Shown here: in pieces, positions 57,137-64,000 of the stretch | Layout: the number at the start of each line of letters is the position of its first letter | Numbering within the stretch: the first letter of the stretch is position 1 | Source of the DNA: an uncultured Gemmatimonadota bacterium | GTDB lineage: Bacteria > JAAXHH01 | DNA length: 64,000 nucleotides | Reading direction: 5' to 3' | Assembly: GCA_951812955.1 (NCBI GenBank) | Contig: OX638340.1 | Span: 2,304,001 to 2,368,000 of the forward strand | Translations under genes and position numbers: made by a program | Notes under the pieces: model-generated | What the model was told of the DNA's origin: nothing | Database searches by the model: none | What the model saw: the letters and a program-made list of their open reading frames with translations, nothing else

Positions 57137-57245
57137 CTTTGTCGGATACCAGGCCGGGACCCGGTACGTCGCGATGATGGGGTTGGGCATCGTGCAAGGG
57201 GTCTGAGCGCCATCCCGGAGCAGATTCTCAGGCCGGCGCACATGA

Positions 57246-57257
57246 TTAACGCGTTAA
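57246..57257. promoter_or_regulatory. Perfect 12-bp palindrome ttaacgcgttaa upstream of the APC permease gene (candidate operator)
   Basis: Seen directly in the sequence, ~95 bp upstream of the ATG at 57351. Confidence 0.3.
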
Positions 57258-57350
57258 ACGCCTTTTATCGTTTACACGCGCCGAAATAAAGACCACATTA
57301 AACACATCACCACTTAACACTCTACCCGGAAAACCTAATTCGAGGCAGCC

Positions 57351-58748
57351 ATGAGCGATGCTCAGAAGGATGCCCGCCCGGATTCTTTCGGAGAGGAAAC
57401 CGAACTCAAGCGTGACCTGGGTCCGGTTTCGGCGACGGCCGTGATTGTCGGTTCCATCATCGGTTCCGGCATCTTTGCGGGTCCCGCCATCGTGGCCGGA
57501 TACGCGGGAACTTCAGGCTGGAATCTCATGGTCTGGGTCATCTGCGCCGTGATGGCCTTCTGCGGCGCGGTGACTTTCGCCGAACTGGGCGGCATCATGC
57601 CGCGCTCGGGCGGGGTTTTCGTTTTCCTGAGTCAAGCCTACGGGCGGCTGTGGGGTTTTCTCTTCGGGTGGACTTCGCTCCTGGTCATACGTCCCTGCGA
57701 CCTGGCGGCCATCTCCATCGTCTTCGCCACCTACCTGGGTTATTTCGTCACCCAGTTCAGCCCATACCCGGACTGGGCCATGCGGGGCATGGCGATCATC
57801 ATCCTGATCATTCTCGCCTTCATCAACTACGTGGGCGTCCGGTTCGGCGGACTCGTACAGAACCTGTCTTCCTTCCTCAAGGTGGGCGGGTTGCTTCTTA
57901 TGGTCGCACTGGCCTTCGGGATCACGCCCGACACGAGCCAGTTCGAACCGGTCTGGCCTTCCGATTCCACCCTGACCATCAGTTTCTTGAGTATGATCAG
58001 CCTCGGCATGATGGCGTCCTTCGGCGCCTACGACGGGTGGGACGCGTCGACTTACGTGGCCGAGGAAATCAAAAATCCGAGACGCTGGGTGCCCCTGTCC
58101 ATCATCCTGGGCCTCGCCATCACCACCGTCGTCTATCTGCTGGTGAACAGCGCCTACTTGCTGGTGCTCTCCAACACGGGCGTCGCCGACAGTGAACGCG
58201 TCGCTTCCGAGACCATGCAAATACTCATCGGACCGATCGGAGCGATTTTTATCGCGGGAACCGCCATGATCTCCACCTTAGGCACCGTGAACGCAGGCTT
58301 GTTGACCGGGCCGCGCGTCTTTTTCGCCATGGCCCGCGAAAAGCTGTTCATCTCGTGGGTGGGCCGGGTCCATCCGCGTTACCGTACACCTGCCAACGCC
58401 GTCATTTTCATGGCCGCGCTGGGCATCCTCAATATCATCTTCCTGGGCGACTGGGGCGCTATCATTGCGGCGCGCACCGGCTCCCTGTGGCTCTTCTACA
58501 TAACGACCACCTTCAGCGTATTCATCTTCCGGCGCACCCGTCCCGACGTGCCGCGACCCTACCGTACCTTCGGATATCCCATCACGCCCGCGATCTTCGT
58601 GCTCATCGGCGTGATCTTCTTCACGTCCATCGTCATCAGCGATCCAGGGCACACCCTGATCGGATTGACCATCACCGCGTTGGGCATCCCGGCCTACTGG
58701 ATCTGGACGCGGAGCGGACGGTCGGAGGAATCAGGCAAGGAAAGCTGA
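57351..58748 (+). CDS. APC-superfamily amino acid permease
   Basis: 12-TM hydropathy. The N-terminal consensus GSIIGSGIFAGPA is typical of APC transporters. Confidence 0.85.
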   Translation: MSDAQKDARPDSFGEETELKRDLGPVSATAVIVGSIIGSGIFAGPAIVAGYAGTSGWNLMVWVICAVMAFCGAVTFAELGGIMPRSGGVFVFLSQAYGRLWGFLFGWTSLLVIRPCDLAAISIVFATYLGYFVTQFSPYPDWAMRGMAIIILIILAFINYVGVRFGGLVQNLSSFLKVGGLLLMVALAFGITPDTSQFEPVWPSDSTLTISFLSMISLGMMASFGAYDGWDASTYVAEEIKNPRRWVPLSIILGLAITTVVYLLVNSAYLLVLSNTGVADSERVASETMQILIGPIGAIFIAGTAMISTLGTVNAGLLTGPRVFFAMAREKLFISWVGRVHPRYRTPANAVIFMAALGILNIIFLGDWGAIIAARTGSLWLFYITTTFSVFIFRRTRPDVPRPYRTFGYPITPAIFVLIGVIFFTSIVISDPGHTLIGLTITALGIPAYWIWTRSGRSEESGKES

Positions 58749-59164
58749 TTCGCACCTGGCAGCCTTCCGGCTCATCACTCACTGCCATACTTTAACCACA
58801 ATCGAAACGACACCAGCCAACAGGACTGCAAGTAACGAAAAGCCCACCCTTTCTATCGTCCCCAATCTCTTGTCAATTTGCTCGATAATCCCCTCTAGTC
58901 GGCTTTTCCTGCCTTCATGGCTCAAAGATTCGGACATTGATGTATCTGCCTTTCTTCAGCGGTGTGCATAGTCAATATACTTCATCTATATACTTCAATC
59001 TGAGACTGAAAACCAACTCGAACCGTAAACCAGAGCCTATGCTTACACCTCGGGGCAAGGGGTTCGTTCCTGGTCCAGCAAAGCGCAGGTCGTGCCATAC
59101 TACAGGTATAACCGAGTCCGTCTATCAATACAGTGTGAAAAACGGCCCGGATCTCGTACACTTA

Positions 59165-59312
59165 GTGCTCGTTATTTTTAATTTTACTATATTGATCAAC
59201 ATTGTTATTTTTCTGTTGACAGCCCATTTCAAGGCCGATATCATGAGAGTCGTTTTACGATTCTTTTGTTCTGAAATCTTCTGTCCTAAAGTTACATATT
59301 CGGAGCGTAAAA
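59165..59312 (+). promoter_or_regulatory. AT-rich promoter region of the sulfite reductase operon with a ttgaca -35-like hexamer and a gatcaacattg motif shared with the AT-rich region at 63819
   Basis: The local AT content is much higher than the flanks. ttgaca at 59215-59220. gatcaacattg at 59194-59204. Confidence 0.35.
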
Positions 59313-60968
59313 ATGGCGAAAGCGGTCCGCAGACCCCGTCGCGAGCAGCCGGAACCCACCTGGGGCCTGGTCCGGAAGCGCAACTACGTGGAGCGGCTCA
59401 AGCACGAGAAGGCGCCGATGGAGGTCATAAACGACATCCCGGACCTGATCGACCAGGGCTACGAGGAGATTTCGGAAGAGGACGTGGTGCGCCTGCAGTG
59501 GTACGGACTGTACCACGACAAGCCCAAGGTGGGCCACTTCATGATGCGGGTCAAGTTGCCGGGCGGCCACCTGACGCCACACAAGCTGCGCACCATCGGC
59601 CGTGTTTCCCAGGATTACGGCGGCGACTACGGCGAGTTGACCACGCGACAGAACATCCAGCTCCACGGGATGAAGCTGAACGACCTGCCCGAGATCTTCG
59701 AGACGCTCAACCAGGCCGGACTGTCCACGAGCGGGGGATGCGGGGACACCGTGCGGAACATCACGGGCTGCCCGGTCGCGGGACTGGCCGCCGATGAACT
59801 TTTCAACGCCCGTCCGGTCATCGAGGCGGCGGCCGATTTCTTCTACGGCAATCCCGATTACTGCGACCTGCCACGCAAGCACAAGATCACCATCTCCTGC
59901 TGCCCCAACCAGTGCAACGCGCCTGAAATCAACTGCATCAGCCTGATGGGGCTCGTCCGGGAGGGAAGCCCCGGGTTCGCGATCCGCATCGGCGGCGGCC
60001 TGTCCACCTGGCCCCGGCTTTCCAGCGACCTCGGCGTCTTCGTCCCCGTGGACGACGTGATCCCGGTGCTGCGCGCCATCATCGATACATGGAAAGAAGA
60101 CCTCAAGTACCGCATGTCCCGGGTCAAAGCCAGGCTGAAGTTCATGGTCGCAGACCTGGGACCGGAAGCCTATCGGGAACGGGTGGAAGCCCGCCTGGGG
60201 TACCGGCTGGCAGATGGCGCTGCGCCGGCCCCTCCGGAGACAGAGCACGACCACACCGGGATCCATGAACAGGTACAGGAAGGACGGTATTTCGCCGGCT
60301 TCCCCGTGTTCCTTGGGCTGTGCACCGGCACCCAGATGATCCGGCTGGCCGACCTGGCCGACGAATACGGCTGTGAATTCAGACTCACCCGGCGCCAGAA
60401 CGTCATCCTGACGGACATTCCCGAGGACAGACTGGAGTCCGTCACCGGAGCGGTGGCCGACATCGGCTTCCCCATGGAGGTAAACGACCTGCGGGGGACC
60501 AGCATCGCCTGCACGGGCGAGCCCTTCTGCAACTACTCCGTCGGGGAGACCAAGACCCGGATGGCGGAGATTGTCGAGCACATGGAACGGGTCTTCGGCG
60601 ACAAGGCGAAGGGCCTGCGGCTGAACCTGGACGGCTGTCCCCACGCCTGCGCCCATCACTGGATCGGCGACATCGGGTTCCAGGCCACGACGCTCCGCGA
60701 ACGGGGCGAGGGCGGCGAGCGGTTGCGGGGGTACGACCTGTTCCTCCGCGGCGGCCTGAGCGGCCAGGCCGGCATCGGACAACCGGTGCTGCGCCGCGTG
60801 CCGGCGGAGTCCGTGCACCTCTACACCGAAAGGCTCTTTCAGACTTACCTGGATCAGAAAACGGACGACGAGACCATACAACACTTCTTTCACCGCCATA
60901 GCGATGACGAGTTGACCGCGATCGCCACGGGGCTCGAAGTCGCCGCAACAGTAACAGGAGAGGAATGA
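59313..60968 (+). CDS. sir: Assimilatory ferredoxin-dependent sulfite (or nitrite) reductase, siroheme/[4Fe-4S] hemoprotein
   Basis: Two NIR_SIR ferredoxin-like half-domains. Cys cluster ...IACTGEPFCNYSVGE...DGCPHACAHHW... Located directly upstream of APS reductase. Confidence 0.8.
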   Translation: MAKAVRRPRREQPEPTWGLVRKRNYVERLKHEKAPMEVINDIPDLIDQGYEEISEEDVVRLQWYGLYHDKPKVGHFMMRVKLPGGHLTPHKLRTIGRVSQDYGGDYGELTTRQNIQLHGMKLNDLPEIFETLNQAGLSTSGGCGDTVRNITGCPVAGLAADELFNARPVIEAAADFFYGNPDYCDLPRKHKITISCCPNQCNAPEINCISLMGLVREGSPGFAIRIGGGLSTWPRLSSDLGVFVPVDDVIPVLRAIIDTWKEDLKYRMSRVKARLKFMVADLGPEAYRERVEARLGYRLADGAAPAPPETEHDHTGIHEQVQEGRYFAGFPVFLGLCTGTQMIRLADLADEYGCEFRLTRRQNVILTDIPEDRLESVTGAVADIGFPMEVNDLRGTSIACTGEPFCNYSVGETKTRMAEIVEHMERVFGDKAKGLRLNLDGCPHACAHHWIGDIGFQATTLRERGEGGERLRGYDLFLRGGLSGQAGIGQPVLRRVPAESVHLYTERLFQTYLDQKTDDETIQHFFHRHSDDELTAIATGLEVAATVTGEE

Positions 60969-61792
60969 CCGCCATGGACCGCCCGGAACACCTGGACTGC
61001 CTGGACAGCTCGGACCGCGACTTCCTGGATGAGTTCGAAGCCGGACAGCTTGCCATCGAGTTCGACGGGGAATCCCCCGAAGCCGTGATCGAATGGGCCC
61101 TGGACCGCTGGGGCAGGCGCGCCGGAATCTGCACCAGTTTCCAGGCGGAGGGGATGGTCCTGCTGGACATGGCGTGGCAGATCGATCCCAATATCCACGT
61201 ATTCACGGTAGACACGGGCCGGCTGCACCAGGAGACCTACGACTTCATCGACCGGGTCCGGGACCACTACGACATCGATATCCAGGTCTATTTCCCCGAT
61301 CTGCTCCAGGTGGAGAACATGGTGGGCGCCCACGGGATGAACCTGTTCTACAAGTCCGTGGAATCTCGGTTCAAGTGCTGCAACGTACGCAAGGTGGAAC
61401 CGATCCGCCGTGCCCTCGAGGGGCTGGACGGGTGGTTCACCGGATTGCGGCGCGACCAGTGGGCCAGCCGGGCGAACATCCGCAAGATCGAGATCGACCA
61501 CGACCATGGCGGCCTCGCGAAGATCAGTCCCCTGGCGGATTGGACCGAGGAAGAGGTCTGGGACTACATCGAGCTCTACGACGTCCCGAAGCACCCGCTG
61601 TATGAGAAAGGCTATACCAGCATCGGCTGTATGCCGTGCACACGAGTCACAAAGCCCGGCGAGGACTCGCGCGCGGGTCGCTGGTGGTGGGAGAAGAACG
61701 CGCCCAAGGAATGCGGGATGCATTGCCCGGTGGAGACCGGCGGCTTCGAGCACGAAATGGAAGCGCTGGTGGCCGAGGAGGCAGAAAAATGA
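60965..61792 (+). CDS. cysH: Adenylyl-sulfate (APS) reductase, thioredoxin-dependent, Fe-S cluster type
   Basis: PAPS_reduct fold with a CC...CxxC iron-sulfur signature (FKCCNVRK ... GCMPCT) and the C-terminal KECGMH (ECGLH-type) catalytic Cys motif. Confidence 0.8.
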   Translation: MTAMDRPEHLDCLDSSDRDFLDEFEAGQLAIEFDGESPEAVIEWALDRWGRRAGICTSFQAEGMVLLDMAWQIDPNIHVFTVDTGRLHQETYDFIDRVRDHYDIDIQVYFPDLLQVENMVGAHGMNLFYKSVESRFKCCNVRKVEPIRRALEGLDGWFTGLRRDQWASRANIRKIEIDHDHGGLAKISPLADWTEEEVWDYIELYDVPKHPLYEKGYTSIGCMPCTRVTKPGEDSRAGRWWWEKNAPKECGMHCPVETGGFEHEMEALVAEEAEK

Positions 61793-61898
61793 GCAACTTG
61801 GCGACCGATATCAGGTGCGCAGTGATGATCGCATCCGGGGAGGCCGCGAATGAATAGTATGGCGATACGCTACCTGCGTTTATTGCGAAAGATCGTCC

Positions 61899-62495
61899 GT
61901 GAATCCGCATGCCGGCTCGGCGGGTCCGAAGAGCGCTTCCTGGTATCGGGATTCGAAAGCGCCGGCCAGACTTCCGTACGAAGAGTGTGGAACGATCTTC
62001 CCAAGGAAAGGACCGGACGTGCCCGAGACTGAATTCGAATTGACCAGGCTCGACGAACAGGAACGGGAACTGCTGCTGGAAGCACTGGACGCCTTTACCT
62101 CTTCTCTGGCCGATACCGAATCGAAATTGCCCTACCTCGCCCTCCGCCGGGATATCGAAGAAGGCGGAGTTTCCCCCGTAAACGTCCCCTGTCTCGAGAA
62201 TCTCCTCGAACTGACCCTTCAGTCAGGCCGCGCAAGGCGGCGCCAGAGTCCCCAGGCGGAGAAGCGGCTCCTTCGGCTGTTCCATGGCACGCCTCGGGGC
62301 GGCGCCGTCAAGCAGGCGGTACGGGAAACCAACGAGGCCCTCGCATCCCTGAAGGGACAGGTCCTGGACACAGTTTCCTTCACCCCGAATACGCCGGGCG
62401 CCTACCGGCTCCTCATCGACACGGATGCGTGCCGGATCGACCTCGAGATCACGCGCCAGGGCGTGTCGGTCAAGGGCGTCGAAATCGGCATCTGA
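61899..62495 (+). CDS. Hypothetical protein
   Basis: ORF of ~198 aa with no recognised motif. The start is uncertain. Confidence 0.3.
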   Translation: MNPHAGSAGPKSASWYRDSKAPARLPYEECGTIFPRKGPDVPETEFELTRLDEQERELLLEALDAFTSSLADTESKLPYLALRRDIEEGGVSPVNVPCLENLLELTLQSGRARRRQSPQAEKRLLRLFHGTPRGGAVKQAVRETNEALASLKGQVLDTVSFTPNTPGAYRLLIDTDACRIDLEITRQGVSVKGVEIGI

Positions 62496-62618
62496 TCTCC
62501 AGTTCGATATCCGTTCGTGCACCGCCCGAAAAAAGTTGGCGCGTCCCGCGCCGGGAGTATATTAGCCTTCAGGCAGGCGATCTTCTCCTCCAGTATAACT
62601 CCCCGAGAATGGACAACC

Positions 62619-63728
62619 ATGGGCTACCCGCACTTCGATAGCCGCAGGGTGAAGGTTAAACCCCTGGCGGAACGGGAAAGCAAGCACGGTATCGGCGAGA
62701 TCAGCGTCGATCCGGACGGTCCGCTGCTCCCGGCTTCATCCCGCCAGGCCGCACAGATCAGGACGATAGCGGACCGCATGCGCGCGGCCCGTTCCAGCGG
62801 CGCGTCCGTCATGCTGGCCTACGGCGCCCACCTCGTGAAGAACGGGCTCGCCCCTGTGGTCACGCGCATGATGGAAGGCGGCTGGATTACCCACCTGGCC
62901 ACCAACGGCGCTGGGGTCATCCACGACTGGGAGTACGCCTTCCATGGCCGTTCCGAGGAAGACGTACGCGGCCACGTCGCGAGAGGATGTTTCGGCACGT
63001 GGGACGAAACGGGCCGGCATACGGCCCTGGCGGTGCTCGCCGGCGCGGTGGACGGCCTGGGATATGGGGAATCGATAGGAAGGATGATCGTCGAGGACGG
63101 GTACGAAATCCCGGACATTGCCAAACTTCGCAAGGCGCTCGCGGACTGGTCCGGCGATCCGGAAGACGACGAGGCCATGCCCGCCCGCGCCGACCTGCTG
63201 CAGACCATCGTGCGCCACGGAATTGAGCCGGGCCGCCACGCCGTCGATCATCCACACAAGGCGTACTCGCTGACCGGGAACGCCTGCCGGCTCGGAGTGC
63301 CCCTCACCGTGCATCCTGGGATCGGGTACGATATAGTCTACACCCATCCCCTTGCCAGCGGCGGCGCCTATGGACGAGGCGGGATGATCGACTTCCAGGT
63401 CTTCGCCGAGGGCGTCTCGCGCATCGACGGCGGCGTGTTCCTGTCCGTCGGCTCCTCCATCATGGCACCTCAGGTATTCGAGAAATCCATGTCCATCGCC
63501 AACAACCTCAGGCGACAGGACGGGCTCGGACCCCTGCGGCCCTTCATCGCGGTGAACGACCTGACGGAGGAGGACTGGGACTGGAATGCCGGCGAACCGC
63601 CCATGGACAATCCGGCATACTACAACCGCATGGGCAAGAGTTTCAGCCGCATGGGGGGTGAGTTGATCTACACGGCGGCCGACAACCGGGTGTTCATTCC
63701 CCATCTCTGCCGGATGCTGAGCGAATGA
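62619..63728 (+). CDS. Deoxyhypusine synthase-like (DHS/homospermidine synthase-fold) protein
   Basis: The block MLAYGAHLVKNGLAPVVTRMMEGGWITHLATNGAGVIHD parallels the DHS signature FLGYTSNLVSSGLRE..VD.IVTTAGGIEED. The length is ~370 aa. The start was chosen at MGYPHF. Confidence 0.45.
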   Translation: MGYPHFDSRRVKVKPLAERESKHGIGEISVDPDGPLLPASSRQAAQIRTIADRMRAARSSGASVMLAYGAHLVKNGLAPVVTRMMEGGWITHLATNGAGVIHDWEYAFHGRSEEDVRGHVARGCFGTWDETGRHTALAVLAGAVDGLGYGESIGRMIVEDGYEIPDIAKLRKALADWSGDPEDDEAMPARADLLQTIVRHGIEPGRHAVDHPHKAYSLTGNACRLGVPLTVHPGIGYDIVYTHPLASGGAYGRGGMIDFQVFAEGVSRIDGGVFLSVGSSIMAPQVFEKSMSIANNLRRQDGLGPLRPFIAVNDLTEEDWDWNAGEPPMDNPAYYNRMGKSFSRMGGELIYTAADNRVFIPHLCRMLSE

Positions 63729-63801
63729 AACCAGATCCGATGACGCGTCCGGCATACGCGTCCGGGTCGCGTCCGGCATATATATATCAAATCAGGATAA
63801 T

Positions 63802-63829
63802 ATGTTGATTTTTATTTCGATCAACATTG
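63802..63829. promoter_or_regulatory. Inverted repeat atgttgat-N10-atcaacat in an AT-rich intergenic region; shares gatcaacattg with the sir promoter region
   Basis: Palindromic arms at 63802-63809 and 63820-63827. gatcaacattg at 63819-63829. Confidence 0.3.
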
Positions 63830-64000
63830 ACAATATAATTTTGCACTCAAATAACAACACACCGCCTACCTGTTTATTCGGGTTGCTCTATGGACCCCGA
63901 CTCGAAACGATCTGGGTGTGCCCGGCTATCAAATCGGCTGGTTCGAGCGAGCTGGCGGTGGGCGGATTTACGCTGTCCTTACCGACCGGTCGAGCGTCGT

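Noticed and set aside
58749-59312. S-box/SAM riboswitch or T-box upstream of the sulfite reductase operon
   Set aside because: The AT-rich leader was inspected. No match to the conserved SAM-I core (…ucuuaucaagagnggcngagggacuggcccnaugaancc…) or other known sulfur riboswitch consensus was seen.

Overview
This is a high-GC (about 65%) bacterial chromosomal window with dense coding on both strands. Many long opposite-strand or out-of-frame ORFs in the supplied track are GC artefacts and were ignored. The taxon is probably an uncultured environmental bacterium; the PorV/PorQ-like barrel, Big2 lipoproteins and abundant FtsX permeases hint at the FCB group or Gemmatimonadota, but this is a weak guess.

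Main content, left to right:
1. A tandem segmental duplication of about 5.4 kb (1..~4903 and ~4904..~10294). Each unit carries an FtsX/MacB-type ABC permease and a Big-2 repeat surface lipoprotein. The duplication junction lies inside hemL and leaves a chimeric ORF made of a signal peptide fused to a hemL 3' fragment.
2. A complete Bacillus-like haem operon on the minus strand, in the order ccsA/hemX-like, sirC, hemA, hemC, cobA-hemD fusion, a multi-CxxC zinc-ribbon protein, hemB, hemL.
3. Housekeeping and accessory genes: era, a class IV aminotransferase, an M48 peptidase, an amidohydrolase, an MTAN-like nucleosidase plus SPL-type radical SAM plus SDR operon, MOSC, Gfo/Idh/MocA, a PorV-like outer-membrane barrel, glutaminyl cyclase, GNAT, ankyrin, Zn-ADH, a GH32-like protein, NudC, a Tat-exported PLP aminotransferase next to a class III aminotransferase, a CSD-VOC fusion, polyphosphate glucokinase, an orphan N4/N6 DNA methyltransferase, and VapBC.
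4. A putative deoxy-hexose (rhamnose or fucose-like) oxidation neighbourhood: rhaM, an enolase-superfamily dehydratase, amidohydrolase_2 lactonase-like genes, sugar-phosphate isomerases and an MFS transporter.
5. Assimilatory sulfite reductase plus APS reductase, followed by a deoxyhypusine-synthase-like gene.

The most striking feature is pervasive short, degenerate tandem duplication. At six or more loci the last codons of a CDS (including the stop) are repeated 2-5 times immediately downstream. Short degenerate or coding tandem repeats also occur at or near other gene ends, one gene has an internal repeat expansion, and the 5.4-kb duplication fits the same pattern. No CRISPR array, integrase, transposase, rRNA or tRNA was recognised.
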